Assembly: GCA_963667035.1 (NCBI GenBank)
Contig: OY762964.1
Location: 1,824,001 to 1,888,000 of the forward strand
Length of the DNA stretch: 64,000 nucleotides
DNA from: Candidatus Cloacimonadales bacterium
Lineage (GTDB): Bacteria > Cloacimonadota > Cloacimonadia > Cloacimonadales > JAFGVF01
Reading direction: 5' to 3'
Positions within the stretch are counted from its first letter, which is position 1; each line of letters starts with the position of its first letter. This document shows positions 49,120 through 60,114 of this stretch, piece by piece. The notes under the pieces were generated by a model, which worked only from the letters and a program-made list of their open reading frames with translations, searched no databases and had not been told where the DNA came from. Position numbers and translations under genes: made by a program.

Positions 49120-49646
49120 AATTCCTCCACAAATTATTTTATTTAAATAAAGTGGTTAATCTTTGACAATTGTCAATTAATATTTTACCTATTCTACAAT
49201 ACTGTGAGATTACTGAGTAAACAATTCAAACAATGCTAAACAAAGAAGTGATTGAAATTCCTGTTCACAATTACGACTATTATCAACTCAAGTAAAAAAT
49301 GGTATCGGTAATTCCACTTTTATTTCTCTATTATGACTTGAAAAAGCATACTGTTTAAAGGCATATTTCTTTATCTATATATATATCTGTTATCCTGCAT
49401 CAACGTTAATGGTTGTCCTACAATGAGTTTAATATACATCAAGCATAACTCGTGTTTTATCAAGGTATTATATTATAGTTGACAACAAATGTGATTCGCA
49501 AAAAACAGTGCTAACCTCTTTCCTAAGATAAAATTAGTTGAAGTAATTCATTCGGAGAATTTATCTTGACACAATGGTAAGAGTGAAAATCTTTAGACTT
49601 CTAAACAACAGTGCTTGATAAAGATATTAATAGAAAGGAGTTCAAA

Positions 49647-49940
49647 ATGACAAAAGCTGATTTGGTTAAGATCATCTCCAATGAGACAGGAATTATCAGA
49701 AAAGATGTCGCAATCGTAGTGGACAGTTTCTTACAATCTGTAAAGGATAGTATGCGTGATGGTAATCACATTGAAATCCGCGGATTCGGAACTTTCAAAC
49801 TAAGACATAGAAAACCAAGAATGGGTCGCAACCCTAAGACTAACGCTACCGTTAAAGTTCCTGAGAGAATGGTACCTACTTTCAAATTCTCACGTGACTT
49901 CAAAAACGAGATTACCAGTCTTGATTGCAAGGAGGACTAA
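49647..49940 (+). CDS. HU/IHF family DNA-binding protein
   Basis: MTKADLV, IEIRGFGTF, GRNPKT, PTFKFS; AAGGAG RBS before the ATG at 49647. Confidence 0.94.
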   Translation: MTKADLVKIISNETGIIRKDVAIVVDSFLQSVKDSMRDGNHIEIRGFGTFKLRHRKPRMGRNPKTNATVKVPERMVPTFKFSRDFKNEITSLDCKED

Positions 49941-50029
49941 TGCCCTGTGGTAAGAAAAGAAAACGCCATAAAATAGCTACTCACAAAAGAAAAAAAAGAC
50001 TGCGTAAAAACAGACATAAAAAGAAATAA
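49940..50029 (+). CDS. Small basic ribosomal protein bS22-like (AURKAIP1/COX24 family), 29 aa (absent from the ORF track)
   Basis: MPCGKKRKRHKIATHKRKKRLRKNRHKKK; AGGAGG RBS; TAATG overlap with the HU/IHF stop. Confidence 0.88.
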   Translation: MPCGKKRKRHKIATHKRKKRLRKNRHKKK

Positions 50030-50035
50030 ACTTTT

Positions 50036-50061
50036 ACGGTTCCATCTGGAGCCGTTTTTTT
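50036..50061 (+). terminator. Intrinsic terminator
   Basis: ACGGTTCCA-TC-TGGAGCCGT followed by a T-run. Confidence 0.75.
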
Positions 50062-50097
50062 GTTTAAAGTGAGTTATTAATCATACCGGAGGTTCAT

Positions 50098-50508
50098 GTG
50101 CACGTTAGTTCAAGCTTTAACAAGTTGATATACAAACAGATTTGTGATTTATGGATTGAAACAGGAATTGCCAATCCGGCAAGACAAGATAGTTACGAGA
50201 TAATAAGCAAAACTCTTAGTCTAGGCGGCATGTTATATACCTTGTGGGACAACAAGCTCCTAATAGGCACAATTTGGCTCTCCAATGACGGAAGAAGAAT
50301 GCATGCTCATCATATGTGTATTCATCCGGATTATCAGGGTAAGGGCTTAGCAAAACTTCTACTCACCCCAGCTCTTGAGTATTCACAAAAATGTGGACTT
50401 CAACCAAAACTGGAAGTACACGAGTCTAATCCCGTAGCTCGTGAATTGTATAAGAAAAACGGTTTTATTGAACTTCCCGGATACATTGTTATGATAAAGA
50501 GGAAGTAA
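50098..50508 (+). CDS. GNAT family N-acetyltransferase
   Basis: IHPDYQGKGLAKLL, LEVHESNPVARELYKKNGF; GGAGG before the GTG. Confidence 0.88.
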   Translation: MHVSSSFNKLIYKQICDLWIETGIANPARQDSYEIISKTLSLGGMLYTLWDNKLLIGTIWLSNDGRRMHAHHMCIHPDYQGKGLAKLLLTPALEYSQKCGLQPKLEVHESNPVARELYKKNGFIELPGYIVMIKRK

Positions 50509-50775
50509 ACTTAAGACTTTCCCAACTAACAAATCAAAGAAATTTCATTTCTTTAGTTAAACAAAGCTTATACAACAAGACCAATTTTTAGGCAGTTATA
50601 AACAGAACTTGGTATTAATGAAATGAAATTAATTTGATATCTATATCTCTGTTTACTTAAACTCTATTCTCTACTTCTCATGTTAATTTGCCTTACAATT
50701 TATTTTTATTTAATTTTCTACTTGACATATTTTATAATATTATTATTACTAATCAATATTATTGTAGGGGAAGTT

Positions 50776-51168
50776 ATGAAAAAATCTTATTATGCTATAT
50801 TGTCTTTATTTCTAGCTTTATTTATTAATCTTTCTAGTACTGAAATTTTAATTCGTGATAGTGTAGATATTTACACAATTAAATCTATACAAATTCGATT
50901 TGATACAGATAGATTCATGCCAATCGAAAGTATTGTAATTGATGAGATAAGTAAGCCGTTTGCCTTTAGTTACGGTAGAATACAGGAAGCTATTAATTGT
51001 TATTCCTATTCAAACAAATTAATGAAGATAGTTCTTGAAGATAAAATCAATCATGAGATTACTATAACCCTTTGTAAATCAGAAAGAGATTCAACAAAAA
51101 TTAGTTACATCTATTTTTTCAATAATATGGATGAATTGATTGAGATCGATTATGAAATCAAATATTAA
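50776..51168 (+). CDS. Hypothetical exported protein
   Basis: ATG at 50776 after AGGGGA; signal peptide MKKSYYAILSLFLALFINLSS; overlaps the next gene. Confidence 0.65.
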   Translation: MKKSYYAILSLFLALFINLSSTEILIRDSVDIYTIKSIQIRFDTDRFMPIESIVIDEISKPFAFSYGRIQEAINCYSYSNKLMKIVLEDKINHEITITLCKSERDSTKISYIYFFNNMDELIEIDYEIKY

Positions 51169-54100
51169 ACACTATTTGATAATTTATCTCTTTGCTTTAG
51201 TATCGTCCCTAATCCCCTTTGAATTAGAAGCAGATGATTTCACGGTATTGTTTAACCATAATTCTATTACTGCCGGTACAAACTTCTTTGAGTTCAATCT
51301 TGGATTAAATATTAATCCAACATGTTATGCTTCACAAATAGAGATTAGTAATCCTTTTACAATATCTCAGAACAATTTTCCAATGTTTGTTTACCAGATT
51401 CTTATTGGAAGTAATTCAAAAGCAATTCTTCAGTCTGAAAATACCCCTTTAGATTCAACATATGTTACATGGTTTTACCACGAGGAGGAACAAAAGCTAA
51501 TTGTTAAGTTATTTGATAACACTTTTACAAGTTTTATATCAGTTAACTACATTCAGGATATACCTTGTTATGTATCAGAGTCTGAAGAGCTATATATAAA
51601 CATTATTGATAATGGAACTATTCTAAGACCTCAAAATTACGAAATTCCTATAGTGATATCACCATCATCATATCAAACTCTATTAATTGAGTCTTTCTAT
51701 TCAACAAATTATCGTGAAACTGAAGTGATTTATCTTACTTCAGGAGATGTAACTAATCTGTTTGCCATTAAGAGAGATGAATGGGGGAACTACATTGGGA
51801 AAAATGATAACTGTATTTGGAGTATTGAGCCACATATCGGAACTTTTATTTCATTTGAAGGAGGAGTTGAATTTGAAGGTTCATCCTTTGGATATGGGGA
51901 AATTTCCCTTGTTGACGATAATGACTTAACTCTATCTGATACCTGCCCTGTATTTATCGAAACAAACATACCATCACAACTCAATATTTTTGATTCATTT
52001 AATAACCAGATATTAGATACAACAAATCTATTATGCAGTGACTCACTTGCTGTGTATGTAGAAGTAACTGATACTTATGGTAATCAGATAACCGATGCAG
52101 ATATATCATGGAATATAGATCTAATCGGTGACTATCTCTCGTTCGAAAATGGCTATTCGAACGTATTTCATCCTGTGACAGAAACAACTTATACATTAAC
52201 AGTATCTGCCACTGCGAGCGAAACTACTATTGACAATAACCTTACAATAAGTACTTCAACAGGTATTCCTAATATACTTGCTCTTGAGAATGAAAACTTT
52301 AACTTAACCAATAATACCTATAATATTACGGTAGATGATACTTTTACTTTTGATTTTGTCATTAGAGATGACGATGGTAATCCTCATAACTATGAAGAAA
52401 TAACAGTTGAACCTCATTTCAGCTCTACAATTCCACCTATATTATCAGTAGTAGATAACACAGTTAGTTTAAGCATCGATGCAAATGCATCGGGTATAGG
52501 GACCGGTTATATCGAGATAGTAAAGACTTACCAAGGTATACAATATGAATTAAATACTCCTACAATTGTATTCGAAGAAGGTATACCTACTACGATAACA
52601 TTCTATGATACTTCAAGTAACCCAATCACAGAAGTTTCAGATTTATTGTGCAGTGACTCACTTGCTGTGTATGTAGAAGTAATTGATGCTTACGGTAATC
52701 AAATAAACAATGCAAATGTATCATGGAATATAGATTTAACCGGTGATTATCTCTCAATGGGCAATGGCTATTCGACGGTGTTCCATCCTGCGACAGAGAC
52801 AACATACACATTAACAGTATCTGCCACTGCGAGCGAAACTACTATTGATAGCACTCTTATCATTAATACAATAACCGGACTGCCAAATGCACTTGAACTC
52901 GAGAATGAAAACTTTAACTTAACCAATAATACCTATAATATTACGGTAGATGATACTTTTACTTTTGATTTTGTCATTAGAGATGACGATGGTAATCCTC
53001 ATAACTATGAAGAAATAACAGTTGAACCTCATTTCAGCTCTACAATTCCACCTATATTATCAGTAGTAGATAACACAGTTAGTTTAAGCATCGATGCAAA
53101 TGCATCGGGTATAGGGACCGGTTATATCGAGATAGTAAAGACTTACCAAGGTATACAATATGAATTAAATACTCCTACAATTGTATTCGAAGAAGGTATA
53201 CCTACTACGATAACATTCTATGATACTTCAAGTAACCCAATCACAGAAGTTTCAGATTTATTGTGCAGTGACTCACTTGCTGTGTATGTAGAAGTAATTG
53301 ATGCTTACGGTAATCAAATAAACAATGCAAATGTATCATGGAATATAGATTTAACCGGTGATTATCTCTCAATGGGCAATGGCTATTCGACGGTGTTCCA
53401 TCCTGCGACAGAGACAACATACACATTAACAGTATCTGCCACTGCGAGCGAAACTACTATTGACAATAACCTTACAATAAGTACTTCAACAGGTATTCCT
53501 AATATACTTGCTCTTGAGAATGAAAACTTTAACTTAACCAATAATACCTATAATATTACGGTAGATGATACTTTTACTTTTGATTTTGTCATTAGAGATG
53601 ACGATGGTAATCCTCATAACTATGAAGAAATAACAGTTGAACCTCATTTCAGCTCTACAATTCCACCTATATTATCAGTAGTAGATAACACAGTTAGTTT
53701 AAGCATCGATGCAAATGCATCGGGTATAGGGACCGGTTATATCGAGATAGTAAAGACTTACCAAGGTATACAATATGAATTAAATACTCCTACAATTGTA
53801 TTCGAAGAAGGTATACCTACTACGATAACATTCTATGATACTTCAAGTAACCCAATCACAGAAGTTTCAGATTTATTGTGCAGTGACTCACTTGCTGTGT
53901 ATGTAGAAGTAATTGATGCTTACGGTAATCAAATAAACAATGCAAATGTATCATGGAATATAGATTTAACCGGTGACTATCTCTCTATGGGTAATGGCTA
54001 TTCGAACGTATTTCATCCTGTGACAGAAACAACTTATACATTAACAGTATCTGCCACTGCGAGCGAAACTACTATTGATAGCACTCTTATCATTAATACA

Positions 54101-57100
54101 ATAACCGGACTGCCAAATGCACTTGAACTCGAGAATGAAAACTTTAACTTAACCAATAATACCTATAATATTACGGTAGATGATACTTTTACTTTTGATT
54201 TTGTCATTAGAGATGACGATGGTAATCCTCATAACTATGAAGAAATAACAGTTGAACCTCATTTCAGCTCTACAATTCCACCTATATTATCAGTAGTAGA
54301 TAACACAGTTAGTTTAAGCATCGATGCAAATGCATCGGGTATAGGGACCGGTTATATCGAGATAGTAAAGACTTACCAAGGTATACAATATGAATTAAAT
54401 ACTCCTACAATTGTATTCGAAGAAGGTATACCTACTACGATAACATTCTATGATACTTCAAGTAACCCAATCACAGAAGTTTCAGATTTATTGTGCAGTG
54501 ACTCACTTGCTGTGTATGTAGAAGTAATTGATGCTTACGGTAATCAAATAAACAATGCAAATGTATCATGGAATATAGATTTAACCGGTGATTATCTCTC
54601 AATGGGCAATGGCTATTCGACGGTGTTCCATCCTGCGACAGAGACAACATACACATTAACAGTATCTGCCACTGCGAGCGAAACTACTATTGACAATAAC
54701 CTTACAATAAGTACTTCAACAGGTATTCCTAATATACTTGCTCTTGAGAATGAAAACTTTAACTTAACCAATAATACCTATAATATTACGGTAGATGATA
54801 CTTTTACTTTTGATTTTGTCATTAGAGATGACGATGGTAATCCTCATAACTATGAAGAAATAACAGTTGAACCTCATTTCAGCTCTACAATTCCACCTAT
54901 ATTATCAGTAGTAGATAACACAGTTAGTTTAAGCATCGATGCAAATGCATCGGGTATAGGGACCGGTTATATCGAGATAGTAAAGACTTACCAAGGTATA
55001 CAATATGAATTAAATACTCCTACAATTGTATTCGAAGAAGGTATACCTACTACGATAACATTCTATGATACTTCAAGTAACCCAATCACAGAAGTTTCAG
55101 ATTTATTGTGCAGTGACTCACTTGCTGTGTATGTAGAAGTAATTGATGCTTACGGTAATCAAATAAACAATGCAAATGTATCATGGAATATAGATTTAAC
55201 CGGTGATTATCTCTCAATGGGCAATGGCTATTCGACGGTGCTCCATCCTGCGACAGAGACAACATACACATTAACAGTATCTGCCACTGCAAGCGAAACT
55301 ACTATTGATAGCACTCTTATCATTAATACAATAACCGGACTGCCAAATGCACTTGAACTCGAGAATGAAAACTTTAACTTAACCAATAATACCTATAATA
55401 TTACGGTAGATGATACTTTTACTTTTGATTTTGTCATTAGAGATGACGATGGTAATCCGCATAATTATGAAGAAATAACAGTTGAACCTCATTTCAGCTC
55501 TACAATTCCACCTATATTATCAGTAGTAGATAACACAGTTAGTTTAAGCATCGATGCAAATGCATCGGGTATAGGGACCGGTTATATCGAGATAGTAAAG
55601 ACTTACCAAGGTATACAATATGAATTAAATACTCCTACAATTGTGTTAGATGTTGGAACTCCAAGATTCCTATATATCAAGGATGCTCCTTTTCCAATAG
55701 AAGGTAATGATATTAGCTTGTCAGATGTAACTGTTGGCTCATCAGTAGATATGTATGCAATATGTGAAGACCAGCACTACAATAATATTGAGCTAGAACC
55801 TAATGCTTTAAACTGGATTATCTCCCCATTAGAACTAGAAAATAGTATAGAAGTTAATGGTATTTTCGCTACATTTCGTCCAACAACAGCTAGTTCAGAA
55901 GTTACAATAACCGTGAGTTATGTAGATTTTGAAATAAAACATTCAATAGGTCCTTTTAGTATATTTGATAGACCTAACCTTTCATACGTCGATTCAACTT
56001 TGACTCCATTAATTATTAGTCCCGGGGAGGAGATTTGCTTTTCTTTAAACATACGGAATCAAAATCGAGCATGTACAAGTATAGAGTTAAGTACTCAATC
56101 ATACCTTAGTCTTTTTGATTCTCAAACTGGTTCGGAATGCATAAGTCATCTTGAGCAAGAAGTTTCTATAAATGATTCTTCAATTAGTTTGTTAGAGTTT
56201 GAAAAATTAGAAATACCGAATGATTTTACTGCTGAGACATATCCAATCGAGTTACATCTGGATGGCACCTTTTCATGTTTAAATAGTGATGAATTAGGTG
56301 AATACTCTGAAACAATTATTATTGAAAATAATCAAGTCTGCATTTCTAATGTAGTTATAGAAACTGTATCTTCAGTAAATAGTGTTGTCTACCCTGGTGA
56401 TAAAGATACTGTTTTTGTCCAGTTTTCAAACTTTGGTACTCTTGATGTTTCAGTAACAGAGGTTCAGTTAACTTTTAATGGAACAGCAAATAATGATCAT
56501 AATTATGATACAGTTATTGAAAGTTTTTCTCTACCACCAAACTCGTCTAGAACAGAGGAATTCGAAGTTACAGTTAACAACAATGCATCGTTAGGTAATG
56601 TTGTATTGGATGCAAACTTTACAGCTATAAATCAGATTGGAAACCCATATCATGTATCCGATGCTCTATCTACAGATTCATGGGATATAGTAACACCACC
56701 TAATATAGAATATTGTCAATCATCATTGCATGTTAATGGTACTTCATTTGATGGAGAACTACATGTTACTCAAGGACAGAATACAGAATTTTCGTTTAAT
56801 CTACAGAACACTGGAAGTGTTGGAGTGAAACTAATTAGAGACTCAACATATATTGAATATATACATATTGATGGTACAGTTGTAAAAAGTTTAATGACTC
56901 AAGATAGCCTTTTAGTAAATCCTAATGACTCAAGTGCTATTGAATTTTGCTCTATAGAATCTTACTTTCCAAATTTAGGATTAGACACTTTACACTTTAC
57001 TTGTATGGGCATTGATAATAATGCATACAAGTATTCGACAAGTTTTTACATACCGGATCTTTTAACAGTAGTTGATTCATTTTCTCCAATAGTTGAGCAG

Positions 57101-59131
57101 AATAATATCGAGATTGTAAAAACATATCCTGTTAATCCCGAAATCCAATTGTCAAATATTGGAGGAGTTTTAGGAATTTTGTCTGAATCAAATACAAGTT
57201 TAACAATATCTGCTGTAAACTATGAAGAGGAATTAGGTAAACCAATATCAATAGGTATAGATAGTGAAGTAATGCTTATATTTGAGGAGTTTACATTTCC
57301 TGCTGATACTTCACCTCAGGTTGATTTTGTCCTTAATATTGAGGGTGTAGATTCTAACAATGCTTCATTTGCTCATCAGCTCCCAGGAACTTGTAATTTA
57401 AAAAATCCGGTTAGCTTTCAACTACTTTCCTACTCTCCTCATCAAGCAGTTTTAAATGATCAAGCAAGTTTTTCTGTTACAGTTAAAAACAATGGGGGTG
57501 TTTATTTTGACCCAACCGGACAAACCAAAATAAGTTTTATTAAAGATTCAATTAATTTGTTTACTTCTCTGGCTGAAATCGAGACAAGAGTATTATCAGG
57601 AGAAACATCTGAAATAACATTTTTCTCGGAAGAGATTGTTGCTGATATTGATCCAGGAATGGGAGTTTTTGAAGTAGAAATTATAGGCGTAGATTCACAC
57701 AATAATCCAGTTTATGAAACGGTTTCTTTACAAGTTGATATAGAGAATCGAGGATACCCACAAATTGAGTCTGTGTGGTTTATTGATGGAGGTCTAAATG
57801 AAACACCTAATGGTATTGTAGATTCTACTGATGCTTTAAAAGTTTGTTTTGATGATAAGCCGATAATTTCGAATGGCATTAGAGAAAGCTATTCGTTCTT
57901 CCAATTGATTGGTAGAAATGACAGTTTCGGAGAAATCAACACCTCTAAAATTGTAACTAGTGAGGAAATGTATTATACAGGTATAGATAAAGATAGTACT
58001 TTATTTGTACAACTTGCTCAAGATTGCAAGATTAGTCTTCCATATCAAGATAACCATTTTGATGCAGAGATAACACCTTCTTACTTAATCATCAAACCTG
58101 ATATTGAAAGAGATTTATTATGTGATGTAAACAAAGGGGATGCAGGTTTTGAATGTAATAGAACATTACTATCAGACCAACTTAATGAGATTTCTCAACA
58201 CATACCTGGTATTAACATCTGCTCCCATGAAGTAAGAATTCAAGATAATATACCACCATTGTTGTTAAATCCCTATCCAATCGGCAATGCTATGAATGAT
58301 AATTATTACTCTAAATACAGTGATGTATCTATCATGGCATCCGGAAGAAACTATGTTGATTCAAATGTTTTAAGACAAGAACTTATTCAATATTTTACGG
58401 ATTTAGAAGTTGATTCTATGATAAGCAATTATGATACTCTGTATGTAAAACTACAAAGTCTGACAGATGATGATATCAACTTTATTGCGAATAAATTCAA
58501 AAATCACATACCTTCATCAATTGACTTGAATCTTGATAATCTAATTGTGAATCCTTTTGCTCAAATGTATTCTGGATTAAAAGAAGAGTTTATCTCAGTA
58601 GAGTTAACTAACGAGTTTTCAAATTACAATAACTTGACAACAAACTATAATGAAATTGAAGATAAAATATATAATAATTTAACAGTAAAGAGTCAAAATA
58701 CCTTTGATGGCGAGATAACAGCAAAGCTGCAAGTATCAGATCACTATAATCAAACCTATAGTGATACAACCTTCCAATTCATTGTTAGTAAACCAGGAAG
58801 AGATTATATCACTTATGGAAATCAAGAGTATCTTCTTAGGACTGCTCCAAACCCTATTAATTTAAATAGGGATAAAGAGATTTATTTAGAATATATACTA
58901 CCAAACATAGCAGATCACATTGCAATTATAATAGTAGATTCAGGTGGTAACATCGTAAAAAAAATATCTTACACTAATGCGATGGACACAAATACAGGTA
59001 AACATCTTAAGCAAAATTTCTGGAATCTACGTAATGGTAGAGGTGATAGAATATCCAAGGGAATTTACTTAATCTTACTAGAAGTAGATGGTGATGTTAA
59101 AGCCGGATGGCATATTGTCGGAGATAAATAA
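51152..59131 (+). CDS. Giant secreted Ig-repeat surface protein (~2,660 aa) with FlgD/T9SS-like C-terminal domain
   Basis: Signal peptide; many DxxGN Ig-like modules; several F-x-x-x-x-x-N-x-G CARDB-like modules; C-terminal APNP..IVDSGGNIVKK..WNLRN.RG...SKGIYL. Confidence 0.88.
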   Translation: MKSNIKHYLIIYLFALVSSLIPFELEADDFTVLFNHNSITAGTNFFEFNLGLNINPTCYASQIEISNPFTISQNNFPMFVYQILIGSNSKAILQSENTPLDSTYVTWFYHEEEQKLIVKLFDNTFTSFISVNYIQDIPCYVSESEELYINIIDNGTILRPQNYEIPIVISPSSYQTLLIESFYSTNYRETEVIYLTSGDVTNLFAIKRDEWGNYIGKNDNCIWSIEPHIGTFISFEGGVEFEGSSFGYGEISLVDDNDLTLSDTCPVFIETNIPSQLNIFDSFNNQILDTTNLLCSDSLAVYVEVTDTYGNQITDADISWNIDLIGDYLSFENGYSNVFHPVTETTYTLTVSATASETTIDNNLTISTSTGIPNILALENENFNLTNNTYNITVDDTFTFDFVIRDDDGNPHNYEEITVEPHFSSTIPPILSVVDNTVSLSIDANASGIGTGYIEIVKTYQGIQYELNTPTIVFEEGIPTTITFYDTSSNPITEVSDLLCSDSLAVYVEVIDAYGNQINNANVSWNIDLTGDYLSMGNGYSTVFHPATETTYTLTVSATASETTIDSTLIINTITGLPNALELENENFNLTNNTYNITVDDTFTFDFVIRDDDGNPHNYEEITVEPHFSSTIPPILSVVDNTVSLSIDANASGIGTGYIEIVKTYQGIQYELNTPTIVFEEGIPTTITFYDTSSNPITEVSDLLCSDSLAVYVEVIDAYGNQINNANVSWNIDLTGDYLSMGNGYSTVFHPATETTYTLTVSATASETTIDNNLTISTSTGIPNILALENENFNLTNNTYNITVDDTFTFDFVIRDDDGNPHNYEEITVEPHFSSTIPPILSVVDNTVSLSIDANASGIGTGYIEIVKTYQGIQYELNTPTIVFEEGIPTTITFYDTSSNPITEVSDLLCSDSLAVYVEVIDAYGNQINNANVSWNIDLTGDYLSMGNGYSNVFHPVTETTYTLTVSATASETTIDSTLIINTITGLPNALELENENFNLTNNTYNITVDDTFTFDFVIRDDDGNPHNYEEITVEPHFSSTIPPILSVVDNTVSLSIDANASGIGTGYIEIVKTYQGIQYELNTPTIVFEEGIPTTITFYDTSSNPITEVSDLLCSDSLAVYVEVIDAYGNQINNANVSWNIDLTGDYLSMGNGYSTVFHPATETTYTLTVSATASETTIDNNLTISTSTGIPNILALENENFNLTNNTYNITVDDTFTFDFVIRDDDGNPHNYEEITVEPHFSSTIPPILSVVDNTVSLSIDANASGIGTGYIEIVKTYQGIQYELNTPTIVFEEGIPTTITFYDTSSNPITEVSDLLCSDSLAVYVEVIDAYGNQINNANVSWNIDLTGDYLSMGNGYSTVLHPATETTYTLTVSATASETTIDSTLIINTITGLPNALELENENFNLTNNTYNITVDDTFTFDFVIRDDDGNPHNYEEITVEPHFSSTIPPILSVVDNTVSLSIDANASGIGTGYIEIVKTYQGIQYELNTPTIVLDVGTPRFLYIKDAPFPIEGNDISLSDVTVGSSVDMYAICEDQHYNNIELEPNALNWIISPLELENSIEVNGIFATFRPTTASSEVTITVSYVDFEIKHSIGPFSIFDRPNLSYVDSTLTPLIISPGEEICFSLNIRNQNRACTSIELSTQSYLSLFDSQTGSECISHLEQEVSINDSSISLLEFEKLEIPNDFTAETYPIELHLDGTFSCLNSDELGEYSETIIIENNQVCISNVVIETVSSVNSVVYPGDKDTVFVQFSNFGTLDVSVTEVQLTFNGTANNDHNYDTVIESFSLPPNSSRTEEFEVTVNNNASLGNVVLDANFTAINQIGNPYHVSDALSTDSWDIVTPPNIEYCQSSLHVNGTSFDGELHVTQGQNTEFSFNLQNTGSVGVKLIRDSTYIEYIHIDGTVVKSLMTQDSLLVNPNDSSAIEFCSIESYFPNLGLDTLHFTCMGIDNNAYKYSTSFYIPDLLTVVDSFSPIVEQNNIEIVKTYPVNPEIQLSNIGGVLGILSESNTSLTISAVNYEEELGKPISIGIDSEVMLIFEEFTFPADTSPQVDFVLNIEGVDSNNASFAHQLPGTCNLKNPVSFQLLSYSPHQAVLNDQASFSVTVKNNGGVYFDPTGQTKISFIKDSINLFTSLAEIETRVLSGETSEITFFSEEIVADIDPGMGVFEVEIIGVDSHNNPVYETVSLQVDIENRGYPQIESVWFIDGGLNETPNGIVDSTDALKVCFDDKPIISNGIRESYSFFQLIGRNDSFGEINTSKIVTSEEMYYTGIDKDSTLFVQLAQDCKISLPYQDNHFDAEITPSYLIIKPDIERDLLCDVNKGDAGFECNRTLLSDQLNEISQHIPGINICSHEVRIQDNIPPLLLNPYPIGNAMNDNYYSKYSDVSIMASGRNYVDSNVLRQELIQYFTDLEVDSMISNYDTLYVKLQSLTDDDINFIANKFKNHIPSSIDLNLDNLIVNPFAQMYSGLKEEFISVELTNEFSNYNNLTTNYNEIEDKIYNNLTVKSQNTFDGEITAKLQVSDHYNQTYSDTTFQFIVSKPGRDYITYGNQEYLLRTAPNPINLNRDKEIYLEYILPNIADHIAIIIVDSGGNIVKKISYTNAMDTNTGKHLKQNFWNLRNGRGDRISKGIYLILLEVDGDVKAGWHIVGDK
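52028..55644 (+). repeat. Intragenic tandem array of about six 615-bp (205-aa) near-identical units
   Basis: LLCSDSLAVYVEV begins at 52028, 52643, 53258, 53873, 54488 and 55103; identity ends after ELNTPTIV near 55644. Confidence 0.96.
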
Positions 59132-60114
59132 TGAAGAAATATATCTTAATTGCTACTAACTTACTGCTTGCAGTATTCATATACTGTGGTTCATATTATG
59201 GTGGAGGAGTTAATGCTTGGTTTTCTAATCCAGGAACTGCTAGAGAAATTGGTATGGGAATGACTGGAGTGTCTAATGCTAAAGGAGCTTCTTCTTTTCT
59301 ATGGAATCCTGCGAGATTAGATTCTCTAGATTTGGCAATAACGATAAGCGATTTCGCGAATTCGGAAGACTTATTCTGGTCACAACAGAAGAGTAATGAG
59401 ACTTATTCAGGGCATTTATCTACAGTATATAGAGATTGGGGATTTAATCTTAGATATAAGCAAATCAATCATATCGGATATACCAATTATGATCCATTAA
59501 CAAGTACTATTATTGTTGATAGATGGGAAAATAGTTATGATTGGTCAGCTAATATAAACTACTCTCACAGTTTCAATAGTTCGATAGCTGTAGGTTGCAA
59601 TTTAAGATCATCGTATAATGAAATTTTTGAGAGTAGCTATACCATTGGAAGTGATGTTGGCGGATTAGTACGTTTCCCATATTCCTTTTCAGCTAAAGAT
59701 ATTTATAGATTCCAATACGGAATTGTTCTATCATTAGACTCCGAAATAGGTAACGAAAATCCTGTGTATCAATACAGTCTTGCAAGCGGATTATCTTATA
59801 TAATAAGTGATAATTGGAGCGTTTCAACTGACTTTAAAACAGGTAATTACCAATCGAACTCTATAAGTCTTGGAAGTGAGTATTCTTTGTGGGATCAATT
59901 ATATCTTAGGATAGGTTTAAGTAATTATTTTAGTAGTAAATTTCCGAATGAAGTTCTAAGAACTCCAACAAAACCTTTTGAAGGTTCCACTTATGGAATT
60001 GGTTTCAAAATAAAGAAATTTATGCTTGATGTTTCTCATGTAGTACAAAGCTCAAATTATTATTATTATTATACACAATCAACGACATTTTTATCATTTA
60101 GTTATAGTCGTTAA
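59131..60114 (+). CDS. PorV/FadL-like outer-membrane beta-barrel
   Basis: Signal peptide; PGTAREIGMGMTGVS..GASSFLWNPARL hatch motif; LGSEY, LYLRIG, YGIGF; terminal LSFSY. Confidence 0.82.
   Translation: MKKYILIATNLLLAVFIYCGSYYGGGVNAWFSNPGTAREIGMGMTGVSNAKGASSFLWNPARLDSLDLAITISDFANSEDLFWSQQKSNETYSGHLSTVYRDWGFNLRYKQINHIGYTNYDPLTSTIIVDRWENSYDWSANINYSHSFNSSIAVGCNLRSSYNEIFESSYTIGSDVGGLVRFPYSFSAKDIYRFQYGIVLSLDSEIGNENPVYQYSLASGLSYIISDNWSVSTDFKTGNYQSNSISLGSEYSLWDQLYLRIGLSNYFSSKFPNEVLRTPTKPFEGSTYGIGFKIKKFMLDVSHVVQSSNYYYYYTQSTTFLSFSYSR

Noticed and set aside
51999..55292. Repeated 61-68 aa minus-strand ORFs
   Set aside because: Antisense by-products of the 615-bp tandem repeat.
52028..55644. Diversity-generating retroelement or shufflon explanation for the repeat variants
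   Set aside because: No reverse transcriptase or recombinase nearby, and the differences are block-like rather than adenine-specific.
60058..60072. (TAT)5 tract in the PorV-like gene as a phase-variation site
   Set aside because: A trinucleotide unit keeps the frame, and the tract is short for such AT-rich DNA.
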